Shown in pieces: positions 1 to 14,150 of a stretch of DNA of 64,000 nt. Both the position numbers and the translations under genes were made by a program. Positions within the stretch are counted from its first letter, which is position 1. Every line of letters begins with the position of its first letter. A model generated the notes under the pieces. It was not told the origin of the DNA and made no database searches. It worked only from the letters and a program-made list of their open reading frames with translations. This DNA is from Yuukianura sp. NJ FZ-2021 (Eukaryota). Where the stretch lies: contig JAJCTO010000009.1 in the NCBI GenBank assembly GCA_046563655.1, positions 682,001 to 746,000 of the forward strand, given 5' to 3'.

Positions 1-3000
1 TCGTAGTGCATCAACGACTATTACACACGGTGAACCACTTGTTGTCAGCCTTCATCTTTGAGCTCAAAGGAGAAGTGCCGGTGAAATGACAAGCTCGCCC
101 TCACTACAAATACCAACCAGTACTCATTTTGACACCATGAATCACAATGACTCCGACGGCAATGGAACTTCAGGGGAAATCCCATTATTACATTTTCTAA
201 ATCAAAATCGAACATTCCGCATTATTTGTTATTTTGATTAAAATTGTTAGGAAAGACTTTTTTATGTCATACTACCACCTTGCACTTCCAATAAAGCACA
301 CCTGAATAACTGGTGTTCAACACTAATCTGGAATTATATTTTAGCCCAACTCCACTATGCAACAAGTGCATAAATCTAACTGTCATTTTGGTATAAACTA
401 ATGTGGGAACTATACAACGAAGTTTTAAACATACCGAAAAATGGAATTTATGCCTTGTTATCGCTTATAACCATCTTCATGGAACGCATCTAATACCGGT
501 CCACTTTGTCGTAGTGCATCAACGACTATTACACACGGTGAACCACTTGTTGTCAGCCTTCATCTTTGAGCTCAAAGGAGAAGTGCCGGTGAAATGACAA
601 GCTCGCCCTCACTACAAATACCAACCAGTACTCATTTTGACACCATGATACACAATGACTCCGACGGCAATGGAACTTCAGGGGATCCCATTATTACATT
701 TTCTAAATCAAAATCGAACATTCCGCATTATTTGTTATTTTGATTAAAATTGTTAGGAAAGACTTTTTTATGTCATACTACCACCTTGCACTTCCAACAA
801 AACACACCTGAATAACTAACTGGTGTTCAACAATAATCTGGAATTATATTTTAGCCCAACTCCACTATGCAACAAGTGCATAAATCTAACTGTCATTTTG
901 GTATAAACTAATGTGGGAACTATACAACGAAGTTTTAAACATACTGAAAAATGGAATTTATGCCTTGTTATCGCTTATAACCATCTTCATGGAACGCATC
1001 TAATACCGGTCCACTTTGTCGTAGTGCATCAACGACTATTACACACGGTGAACCACTTGTTGTCAGCCTTCATCTTTGAGCTCAAAGGAGAAGTGCCGGT
1101 GAAATGACAAGCTCGCCCTCACTACAAATACCAACCAGTACTCATTTTGACACCATGAATCACAATGACTCCGACGGCAACTGAACTTCAGGGGAAATCC
1201 CATTATTACATTTTCTAAATCAAAATCGAACATTCCGCATTATTTGTTATTTTGATTAAAATTGTTAGGAAAGACTTTTTTATGCCATACTACCACTTTG
1301 CGCTTCCGATAAAACACACCTGAATAACTGGTGTTCAACAATAATCTGGAATTATATTTTAGCCCAACTCCACTATGCAACAAGTGCATAAATCTAACTG
1401 TCATTTTGGTATAAACTAATGTGGGAACTATACAACGAAGTTTTAAACATACTGAAAAATGGAATTTATGCCTTGTTATCGCTTATAACCATCTTCATGG
1501 AACGCATCTAATACCGGTCCACTTTGTCGTAGTGCATCAACGACTATTACACACGGTGAACCACTTGTTGTCAGCCTTCATCTTTGAGCTCAAAGGAGAA
1601 GTGCCGGTGAAATGACAAGCTCGACCTCACTACAAATACCAACCAGTACTCATTTTGACACCATGATACACAATGACTCCGACGGCAATGGAACTTCAGG
1701 GGATCCCATTATTACATTTTCTAAATCAAAATCGAACATTCCGCATTATTTGTTATTTTGATTAAAATTGTTAGGAAAGACTTTTTTATGTCATACTACC
1801 ACCTTGCACTTCCAACAAAACACACCTGAATAACTAACTGGTGTTCAACAATAATCTGGAATTATGTTTTAGCCCAACTCCACTATGCAACAAGTGCATA
1901 AATCTAACTGTCATTTTGGTATAAACTAATGTGGGAACTATACAACGAAGTTTTAAACATACCGAAAAATGGAATTTATGCCTTGTTATCGCTTATAACC
2001 ATCTTCATGGAACGCATCTAATACCGGTCCACTTTGTCGTAGTGCATCAACGACTATTACACACGGTGAACCACTTGTTGTCAGCCTTCATCTTTGAGCT
2101 CAAAGGAGAAGTGCCGGTGAAATGACAAGCGCGACCTCACTACAAATACCAACCAGTACTCATTTTGACACCATGATACACAATGACTCCGACGGCAATG
2201 GAACTTCAGGGGATCCCATTATTACATTTTCTAAATCAAAATCGAACATTCCGCATTATTTGTTATTTTGATTAAAATTGTTAGGAAAGACTTTTTTATG
2301 TCATACTACCACCTTGCACTTCCAACAAAACACACCTGAATAACTAACTGGTGCTCAACACTAATCTGGAATTATATTTTAGCCCAACTCCACTATGCAA
2401 CAAGTGCATAAATCTAACTGTCATTTTGGTATAAACTAATGTGGGAACTATACAACGAAGTTTTAAACATACCGAAAAATGGAATTTATGCCTTGTTATC
2501 GCTTATAACCATGTTCATGGAACGCATCTAATACCGGTCCACTTTGTCGTAGTGCATCAACGACTATTACACACGGTGAACCACTTGTTGTCAGCCTTCA
2601 TCTTTGGGCACAAAGGAGAAGTGCCGGTGAAATGACAAGCTCGCCCTCACTACAGATACCAACCAGTACTCATTTTGACACTATGAATCACAATGACTCA
2701 GACGGCAACTGAACTTCAGGGGAAATCCCATTATTACATTTTCTAAATCAAAATCGAACATTCATCATTATTTGTTATTTTGATTAAAATTTTTAGGAAA
2801 TACTTTTTTATGTCATACTACCACCTTGCACTTCCATTAAAGCACACCTGAAAAACTGGTGTTCAACAATAATCTGGAATTATATTTTAGCCCAACTCCA
2901 CTATGCAACAAGTGCATAAATCTAACTGTCATTTTGGTATAAACTAATGTGGGAACTATACAACGAAGTTTTAAACATACCGAAAAATGGAATTTATGCC

Positions 3001-6000
3001 TTGTTATCGCTTATAACCATCTTCATGGAACGCATCTAATACCGGTCCACTTTGTCGTAGTGCATCAACGACTATTACACACGGTGAACCACTTGTTGTC
3101 AGCCTTCATCTTTGAGCTCAAAGGAGAAGTGCCGGTGAAATGACAAGCTCGCCCTCACTACAAATACCAACCAGTACTCATTTTGACACCATGATACACA
3201 ATGACTCCGACGGCAATGGAACTTCAGGGGATCCCATTATTACATTTTCTAAATCAAAATCGAACATTCCGCATTATTTGTTATTTTGATTAAAATTGTT
3301 AGGAAAGACTTTTTTATGTCATACTACCACCTTGCACTTCCAACAAAACACACCTGAATAACTGGTGTTCAACAATAATCTGGAATTATATTTTAGCCCA
3401 ACTCCACTATGCAACAAGTGCATAAATCTAACTGTCATTTTGGTATAAACTAATGTGGGAACTATACAACGAAGTTTTAAACATACTGAAAAATGGAATT
3501 TATGCCTTGTTATCGCTTATAACCATCTTCATGGAACGCATCTAATACCGGTCCACTTTGTCGTAGTGCATCAACGACTATTACACACGGTGAACCACTT
3601 GTTGTCAGCCTTCATCTTTGAGCTCAAAGGAGAAGTGCCGGTGAAATGACAAGCTCGCCCTCACTACAGATACCAACCAGTACTCATTTTGACACCATGA
3701 TACACAATGACTCCGACGGCAATGGAACTTCAGGAGAAATCCCATTATTACATTTTCTAAATCAAAATCGAACATTCCGCATTATTTGTTATTTTGATTA
3801 AAATTGTTAGGAAAGACTTTTTTATGCCATACTACCACTTTGCGCTTCCGATAAAACACACCTGAATAACTAACTGGTGTTCAACAATAATCTTGAATTA
3901 TATTTTAGCCCAACTCCACTATGCAACAAGTGCATAAATCTAACTGTCATTTTGGTATAAACTAATGTGGGAACTATACAACGAAGTTTTAAACATACCG
4001 AAAAATGGAATTTATGCCTTGTTATCGCTTATAACCATCTTCATGGAACGCATCTAATACCGGTCCACTTTGTCGTAGTGCATCAACGACTATTACACAC
4101 GGTGAACCACTTGTTGTCAGCCTTCATCTTTGAGCTCAAAGGAGAAGTGCCGGTGAAATGACAAGCTCGCCCTCACTACAAATACCAACCAGTACTCATT
4201 TTGACACCATGATACACAATGACTCCGACGGCAATGAACTTCAGGGGATCCCATTATTACATTTTCTAAATCAAAATCGAACATTCCGCATTATTTGTTA
4301 TTTTGATTAAAATTGTTAGGAAAGACTTTTTTATGTCATACTACCACCTTGCACTTCCAACAAAACACACCTGAATAACTGGTGTTCAACAATAATCTGG
4401 AATTATATTTTAGCCCAACTCCACTATGCAACAAGTGCATAAATCTAACTGTCATTTTGGTATAAACTAATGTGGGAACTATACAACGAAGTTTTAAACA
4501 TACTGAAAAATGGAATTTATGCCTTGTTATCGCTTATAACCATCTTCATGGAACGCATCTAATACCGGTCCACTTTGTCGTAGTGCATCAACGACTATTA
4601 CACACGGTGAACCACTTGTTGTCAGCCTTCATCTTTGAGCACAAAGGAGAAGTGCCGGTGAAATGACAAGCTCGCCCTCACTACAGATACCAACCAGTAC
4701 TCATTTTGACACTATGAATCACAATGACTCAGACGGCAACTGAACTTCAGGGGAAATCCCATTATTACATTTTCTAAATCAAAATCGAACATTCAGCATT
4801 ATTTGTTATTTTGATTAAAAGTTTTAGGAAATACTTTTTTATGTCATACTTTACAATAAAGCACACCTGAGTAACTGGTGTTCAACAATAATCTGGAATT
4901 ATATTTTAGCCCAACTCCACTATGCAACAAGTGCATTAAATCTAACCGTCATTTTGGTATAAACTAATGTGTGAACTATACAACGAAGTTTTAAACATAC
5001 TGAAAAATGGAATTTATGCCTTGTTATCGCTTATAACCATCTTCATGGAACGCATCTAATACCGGTCCACTTTGTCGTAGTGCATCAACGACTATTACAC
5101 ACGGTGAACCACTTGTTGTCAGCCTTCATCTTTGAGCTCAAAGGAGAAGTGCCGGTGAAATGACAAGCTCGCCCTCACTACAGATACCAACCAGTACTCA
5201 TTTTGACACTATGAATCACAATGACTCAGACGGCAATGGAACTTCAGGGGATCCCATTATTACATTTTCTAAATCAAAATCGAACATTCCGCATTATTTG
5301 TTATTTTGATTAAAATTGTTAGGAAAGACTTTTTTATGTCATACTACCACCTTGCACTTCCAACAAAACACACCTGAATAACTAACTGGTGTTCAACACT
5401 AATCTGGAATTATATTTTAGCCCAACTCCACTATGCAACAAGTGCATAAATCTAACTGTCATTTTGGTATAAACTAATGTGGGAACTATACAACGAAGTT
5501 TTAAACATACCGAAAAATGGAATTTATGCCTTGTTATCGCTTATAACCATCTTCATGGAACGCATCTAATACCGGTCCACTTTGTCGTAGTGCATCAACG
5601 ACTATTACACACGGTGAACCACTTGTTGTCAGCCTTCATCTTTGAGCTCAAAGGAGAAGTGCCGGTGAAATGACAAGCTCGCCCTCACTACAAATACCAA
5701 CCAGTACTCATTTTGACACCATGATACACAATGACTCCGACGGCAATGCAGCTTCAGGGGATCCCATTATTACATTTTCTAAATCAAAATCGAACATTCC
5801 GCATTATTTGTTATTTTGATTAAAATTGTTAGGAAAGACTTTTTTATGTCATACTACCACCTTGCACTTCCAACAAAACACACCTGAATAACTGGTGTTC
5901 AACAATAATCTGGAATTATATTTTAGCCCAACTCCACTATGCAACAAGTGCATAAATCTAACTGTCATTTTGGTATAAACTAATGTGGGAACTATACAAC

Positions 6001-9000
6001 GAAGTTTTAAACATACTGAAAAATGGAATTTATGCCTTGTTATCGCTTATAACCATCTTCATGGAACGCATCTAATACCGGTCCACTTTGTCGTAGTGCA
6101 TCAACGACTATTACACACGGTGAACCACTTGTTGTCAGCCTTCATCTTTGAGCACAAAGGAGAAGTGCCGGTGAAATGACAAGCTCGCCCTCACTACAGA
6201 TACCAACCAGTACTCATTTTGACACTATGAATCACAATGACTCAGACGGCAACTGAACTTCAGGGGAAATCCCATTATTACATTTTCTAAATCAAAATCG
6301 AACATTCAGCATTATTTGTTATTTTGATTAAAATTTTTAGGAAATACTTTTTTATGTCATACTACCACCTTGCACTTTCAATAAAGCACACCTGAGTAAC
6401 TGGTGTTCAACAATAATCTGGAATTTATTTTAGCCCAACTCCAGTATGCAACAAGTGCATAAATCTAACTGTCATTTTGGTATAAACTAATGTGTGAACT
6501 ATACAACGAAATTTTAAACATACTGAAAAATGGAATTTATGCCTTGTTATCGCTTATAACCATCTTCATGGAACGCATCTAATACCGGTCCACTTTGTCG
6601 TAGTGCATCAACGACTATTACACACGGTGAACCACTTGTTGTCAGCCTTCATCTTTGAGCTCAAAGGAGAAGTGCCGGTGAAATGACAAGCTCGCCCTCA
6701 CTACAGATACCAACCAGTACTCATTTTGACACTATGAATCACAATGACTCAGACGGCAACTGAACTTCAGGGGAAATCCCATTATTACATTTTCTAAATC
6801 AAAATCGAACATTCAGCATTATTTGTTATTTTGATTAAAATTTTTAGAAAATACTTTTATATGTCATACTACCACCTTGCACTTCCGATAAAGCACACCT
6901 GAATAACTGGTGTTCAACAATAATCTGGAATTATATTTTAGCCCAACTCCACTATGCAACAAGTGCATAAATCTAACTGTCATTTTGGTATAAACTAATG
7001 TGGGAACTATACAACGAAGTTTTAAACATACCGAAAAATGGAATTTATGCCTTGTTATCGCTTATAACCATGTTCATGGAACGCATCTAATACCGGTCCA
7101 CTTTGTCGTAGTGCATCAACGACTATTACACACGGTGAACCACTTGTTGTCAGCCTTCATCTTTGAGCTCAAAGGAGAAGTGCCGGTGAAATGACAAGCT
7201 CGCCCTCACTACAAATACCAACCAGTACTCATTTTGACACCATGAATCACAATGACTCCGACGGCAATGGAACTTCAGGGGATCCCATTATTACATTTTC
7301 TAAATCAAAATCGAACATTCCGCATTATTTGTTATTTTGATTAAAATTGTTAGGAAAGACTTTTTTATGTCATACTACCACCTTGCACTTCCGATAAAGC
7401 ACACCTGAATAACTGGTGTTCAACAATAATATCTGGAATTTATTTTAGCCCAACTCCAGTATGCAACAAGTGCATAAATCTAACTGTCATTTTGGTATAA
7501 ACTAATGTGGGAACTATACAACGAAATTTTAAACATACTGAAAAATGGAATTTATGCCTTGTTATCGCTTATAACCATCTTCATGGAACGCATCTAATAC
7601 CGGTCCACTTTGTCGTAGTGCATCAACGACTATTACACACGGTGAACCACTTGTTGTCAGCCTTCATCTTTGAGCACAAAGGAGAAGTGCCGGTGAAATG
7701 ACAAGCTCGCCCTCACTACAGATACCAACCAGTACTCATTTTGACACTATGAATCACAATGACTCAGACGGCAACTGAACTTCAGGGGAAATCCCATTAT
7801 TACATTTTCTAAATCAAAATCGAACATTCAGCATTAATTGTTATTTTGATTAAAAGTTTTAGGAAATACTTTTTTATGTCATACTTCCAATAAAGCACAC
7901 CTGAGTAACTGGTGTTCAACAATAATCTGGAATTATATTTTAGCCCAACTCCACTATGCAACAAATGCATTAATCTAACCGTCATTTAGGTTTAACTAAT
8001 GTGTGAACAATACAACGAAATTTTAAACATACTGAAAAATGGAATTTATGCCTTGTTATCGCTTATAACCATCTTCATGGAACGCATCTAATACCGGTCC
8101 ACTTTGTCGTAGTGCATCAACGACTATTACACACGGTGAACCACTTGTTGTCAGCCTTCATTTTTGAGCTCAAAGGAGAAGTGCCGGTGAAATTACAAGC
8201 TCGCCCTCACTGCAGATACCAACCAGTACTCATTTTGACACTGTGAATCACAATGACTCAGACGGCAACTGAATTTCAGGGGAAATCCCATTATTACATT
8301 TTCTAAATCAAAATCGAACATTCAGCATTATTTGTTATTTTGATTAAAATTTTTAGAAAATACTTTTTTATGTCATACTACCACCTTGCACTTCCGATAA
8401 AGCACACCTGAATAACTGGTGCTCAACACTAATCTGGAATTATATTTTAGCCCAACTCCACTATGCAACAAGTGCATAAATCTAACTGTCATTTTGGTAT
8501 AAACTAATGTGGGAACTATACAACGAAGTTTTAAACATACCGAAAAATGGAATTTATGCCTTGTTATCGCTCATAACCATGTTCATGGAACGCATCTAAT
8601 ACCGGTCCACTTTGTCGTAGTGCATCAACGACTATTATACACGGTGAACCACTTGTTGTCAGCCTTCATCTTTGAGCTCAAAGGAGAAGTGCCGGTGAAA
8701 TGACAAGCTCGCCCTCACTACAAATACCAACCAGTACTCATTTTGACACCATGAATCACAATGACTCCGACGGCAATTTAGCTTCAGGGGATCCCATTAT
8801 TACATTTTCTAAATCAAAATCGAACATTCCGCATTATTTGTTTTTTTTGATTAAAATTGTTAGGAAAGACATTTTTATGTCATACTACCACCTTGCACTT
8901 CCAATAAAGCACACCTGAATAACTGGTGTTCAACAATAATCTGGAATTATATTTTAGCCCAACTCCACTATGCAACAAGTGCATAAATCTAACCGTCATT

Positions 9001-12000
9001 TAGGTTTAACTAATGTGTGAACTATACAACGAAATTTTAAACATACTGAAAAATGGAATTTATGCCTTGTTATCGCTTGTAACCATCTTCATGGAACGCA
9101 TCTAATACCGGTCCACTTTGTCGTAGTGCATCAACGACTATTACACACGGTGAACCACTTGTTGTCAGCCTTCATCTTTGGGCACAAAGGAGAAGTGCCG
9201 GTGAAATGACAAGCTCGCCCTCACTGCAGATACCAACCAGTACTCATTTTGACACTATGAATCACAATGACTCAGACGGCAACTGAACTTCAGGGGAAAT
9301 CCCATTATTAAGTTTTCTAAATCAAAATCGAACATTCAGCATTATTTGTTATTTTGATTAAAAGTTTTAGGAAATACTTTTTTATGTCATACTTCCAATA
9401 AAGCACACCTGAGTAACTGGTGTTCAACAATAATCTGGAATTATATTTTAGCCCAACTCCACTATGCAACAAATGCATTAATCTAACCGTCATTTAGGTT
9501 TAACTAATGTGTGAACAATACAACGAAATTTTAAACATACTGAAAAATGGAATTTATGCCTTGTTATCGCTTATAACCATCTTCATGGAACGCATCTAAT
9601 ACCGGTCCACTTTGTCGTAGTGCATCAACGACTATTACACACGGTGAACCACTTGTTGTCAGCCTTCATTTTTGAGCTCAAAGGAGAAGTGCCGGTGAAA
9701 TTACAAGCTCGCCCTCACTACAGATACCAACCAGTACTCATTTTGACACTGTGAATCACAATGACTCAGACGGCAAATGAACTTCAGGGGAAATCCCATT
9801 ATTACATTTTCTAAATCAAAATCGAACATTCAGCATTATTTGTTATTTTGATTAAAATTTGTTGGAAATACTTTTTTATGTCATACTACCACCTTGCACT
9901 TCCAATAAAGCACACCTGAATAACTGGTGTTCAACAATAATCTGGAATTATATTTTAGCCCAACTCCACTATGCAACAAGTGCATAAATCTAACTGTCAT
10001 TTTGGTATAAACTAATGTGGGAACTATACAACGAAGTTTTAAACATACCGAAAAATGGAATTTATGCCTTGTTATCGCTTATAACCATGTTCATGGAACG
10101 CATCTAATACCGGTCCACTTTGTCGTAGTGCATCAACGACTATTACACACGGTGAACCACTTGTTGTCAGCCTTCATCTTTGAGCTCAAAGGAGAAGTGC
10201 CGGTGAAATGACAAGCTCGCCCTCACTACAAATACCAACCAGTACTCATTTTGACACCATGAATCACAATGACTCCGACGGCAATTTAGCTTCAGGGGAT
10301 CCCATTATTACATTTTCTAAATCAAAATCGAACATTCCGCATTATTTGTTTTTTTGATTAAAATTGTTAGGAAAGACATTTTTATGTCATACTACCACCT
10401 TGCACTTTCAATAAAGCACACCTGAGTAACTGATGTTCAACAATAATCTGGAATTATATTTTACCCCAACTCCACTATGCAACAAATGCATTAATCTAAC
10501 CGTCATTTAGGTTTAACTAATGTGTGAACAATACAACGAAATTTTAAACATACTGAAAAATGGAATTTATGCCTTGTTATCGCTTATAACCATCTTCATG
10601 GAACGCATCTAATACCGGTCCACTTTGTCGTAGTGCATCAACGACTATTACACACGGTGAACCACTTGTTGTCAGCCTTCATCTTTGAGCTCAAAGGAGA
10701 AGTGCCGGTGAAATGACAAGCGCGACCTCACTACAGATACCAACCAGTACTCATTTTGACACTATGAATCACAATGACTCAGACGGCAACTGAACTTCAG
10801 GGGAAATCACATTATTACATTTTCTAAATCAAAATCGAACATTCCGCATTATTTGTTATTTTGATTAAAATTGTTAGGAAAGACTTTTTTATGTCATACT
10901 ACCACCTTGCACTTTCCAATAAAGCACACCTGAATAACTGATGTTCAACAATAATCTGGAATTATATTTTAGCCCAACTCCACTATGCAACAAATGCATT
11001 AATCTAACTGTCATTTAGGTTTAAACTAATGTGTGAACAATACAACGAAATTTTAAACATACTGAAAAATGGAATTTATGCCTTGTTATCGCTTATAACC
11101 ATCTTCATGGAACGCATCTAATACCGGTCCACTTTGTCGTAGTGCATCAACGACTATTACATACGGTGAACCACTTGTTGTCAGCCTTCATCTTTGAGCT
11201 CAAAGGAGAAGTGCCGGTGAAATGACAAGCGCGGCCTTCACTACAAATACCAACCAGTACTCATTTTGACACCATGATACACAATGACTCCGACGGCAAT
11301 GGAACTTCAGGGGATCCCATTATTACATTTTCTAAATCAAAATCGAACATTCCGCATTATTTGTTATTTTGATTAAAATTGTTAGGAAAGACTTTTTAAT
11401 GTCATACTACCACCTTGCACTTCCAACAAAACACACCTGAATAACTGGTGTTCAACAATAATCTGGAATTATATTTTAGCTTAGCTCCACTATGCAACAA
11501 GTGCATAAATCTAACTGTCATTTTGGTATAAACTAATGTAGGAACTATACAACGAAGTTTTAAACATACTGAAAAATGGAATTTATGCCTTGTTATCGCT
11601 TATAACCATCTTCATGGAACGCATCTAATACCGGTCCACTTTGTTGTAGTGCATCAACGACTATTACACACGGTGAACCACTTGTTGTCAGCCTTCATCT
11701 TTGGGCACAAAGGAGAAGTGCCGGTGAAATGACAAGCTCGCCCTCACTGCAGATACCAACCAGTACTCATTTTGACACTATGAATCACAATGACTCAGAC
11801 GGCAACTGAACTTCAGGGGAAATCCCATTATTAAGTTTTCTAAATCAAAATCGAACATTCAGCATTAATTGTTATTTTGATTAAAAGTTTTAGGAAATAC
11901 TTTTTTATGTCATACTTCCAATAAAGCACACCTGAGTAACTGGTGTTCAACAATAATCTGGAATTATATTTTAGCCCAACTCCACTATGCAACAAATGCA

Positions 12001-13400
12001 TTAATCTAACCGTCATTTAGGTTTAACTAATGTGTGAACAATACAACGAAATTTTAAACATACTGAAAAATGGAATTTATGCCTTGTTATCGCTTATAAC
12101 CATCTTCATGGAACGCATCTAATACCGGTCCACTTTGTCGTAGTGCATCAACGACTATTACACACGGTGAACCACTTGTTGTCAGCCTTCATCTTTGAGC
12201 TCAAAGGAGAAGTGCCGGTGAAATTACAAGCTCGCCCTCACTACAGATACCAACCAGTACTCATTTTGACACTGTGAATCACAATGACTCAGACGGCAAC
12301 TGAAGTTCAGGGGAAATCCCATTATTACATTTTCTAAATGAAAATCGAACATTCAGCATTATTTGTTATTTTGATTAAAATTGTTAGGAAAGACTTTTTT
12401 ATGTCATACTACCACCTTGCACTTCCAATAAAGCACACCTGAGTAACTGATGTTCAACAATAATCTGGAATTATATTTTACCCCAACTCCACTATGCAAC
12501 AAATGCATTAATCTAACCGTCATTTAGGTTTAACTAATGTGTGAACAATACAACGAAATTTTAAACATACTGAAAAATGGAATTTATGCCTTGTTATCGC
12601 TTATAACCATCTTCATGGAACGCATCTAATACCGGTCCACTTTGTCGTAGTGCATCAACGACTATTACATACGGTGAACCACTTGTTGTCAGCCTTCATC
12701 TTTGAGCTCAAAGGAGAAGTGCCGGTGAAATGACAAGCGCGACCTCACTACAAATACCAACCAGTACTCATTTTGACACTATGAATCACAATGACTCAGA
12801 CGGCAACTGAACTTCAGGGGAAATCCCATTATTACATTTTCTAAATCAAAATCGAACATTCAGCATTAATTGTTATTTTGATTAAAAGTTTTAGGAAATA
12901 CTTTTTTATGTCATACTTCCAATAAAGCACACCTGAGTAACTGGTGTTCAACAATAATCTGGAATTATATTTTAGCCCAACTCCACTATGCAACAAATGC
13001 ATTAATCTAACCGTCATTTAGGTTTAACTAATGTGTGAACAATACAACGAAATTTTAAACATACTGAAAAATGGAATTTATGCCTTGTTATCGCTTATAA
13101 CCATCTTCATGGAACGCATCTAATACCGGTCCACTTTGTCGTAGTGCATCAACGACTATTACACACGGTGAACCACTTGTTGTCAGCCTTCATCTTTGAG
13201 CTCAAAGGAGAAGTGCCGGTGAAATGACAAGCTCGCCCTCACTACAGATACCAACCAGTACTCATTTTGACACTATAAATCACAATGACTCAGACCGCAA
13301 CTGAACTTCAGGGGAAATCCCATTATTACATTTTCTAAATCAAAATCGAACATTCGTCATTATTTGTTATTTTGATTAAAATTTTTAGGAAATACTTTTT

Positions 13401-14150
13401 AGTCTTCTGGAGACGCACGTCTACGACGTGCTGAAGAAGACTATTGATACGACTTTGTCCGTCTGTCCGTCCGTCTGTCACGTTTTTTAGGACTCATTGT
13501 ACTGAAACATTAGCCCCATCGCAGTCGGGGGGTTATGTATGGCTCAAGAGTTTTCAGTAGGTCTACATTGCACTCAAAGTGTTAAATTAACAACGTAAAA
13601 GTTGGCGGCTACTTTACGTACCCGCAGTATCGTGGCTCCGCAAAACTGTTTTGGTTTCGATTGCACTCAAAATATTTATAAACAACGAAGTTTTGACCTG
13701 GTCATTTTCTGACAGTATGTTTATTTACGTTGTTAATTTGGGACTGATGAGAGGGCTCAAACTCCGGTTTAAATTCGTAACATGTAAGCAGCGAATGGGA
13801 GGGTTCAAATTTGCATTCACAATAAATTTCTTTGATTTTGATTTTAAAGAAACGATATTGGACCCCTACCCCACAACGTACAATTTTGTGCATGATGCAC
13901 ACAATTGAAGGTTTGTGCAGTTGTGAGAACTACCTTGAGCATTGCCATGGCAACATCGACAATACATATGTGCATCTTCCTCAAGAAATGAAGAACATCA
14001 ATCAAGAACGATATTCGACCCCTTCTTCTTAACGTTCAATTTTGTGCATTTTGTGCGTACAGTTTTGCGGTAGGCCGGTCGCAATGTCGTATCAATTGTC
14101 AACTCCCTCCAGAAGATCTGTGCTCAACCCTTGAGCACTGCCCTACCTTG
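13401..14150 (+). mobile_element. Non-autonomous Helentron-type element (HINE / DINE-1-like), copy 1
   Basis: Inserted in a T-run (AATACTTTTT|insert|TTTATGTC; the empty site has 6 T). 10-bp subterminal inverted repeats TCTTCTGGAG 13403-13412 / CTCCAGAAGA 14107-14116. Partial inverted copy AGAAGACT 13435-13442 next to the 5' subTIR. (GTCY)n microsatellite 13457-13479. 3' hairpin GTGCTCAA-CCC-TTGAGCAC 14120-14138. No credible ORF. This combination matches the established DINE-1/HINE architecture. Ends are uncertain by about 2 nt within the T-run. Confidence 0.82.
13457..13479 (+). repeat. (GTCY)n microsatellite within the HINE-like element (also 16230-16252 and 17994-18016)
   Basis: GTCC GTCT GTCC GTCC GTCT GTC. 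Confidence 0.9.

Noticed and set aside
13682..13694. 13-bp match ACAACGAAGTTTT shared by the insert and the satellite monomer, suggesting the satellite derives from the element
   Set aside because: It is an isolated AT-rich word with no collinear flanking similarity, which is insufficient evidence of homology.
13651..14032. Short ORFs (85, 66, 66 aa) in the 750-bp insert and its copies
   Set aside because: They overlap on both strands, are short and show no Rep, helicase or transposase motifs. The element appears non-coding.
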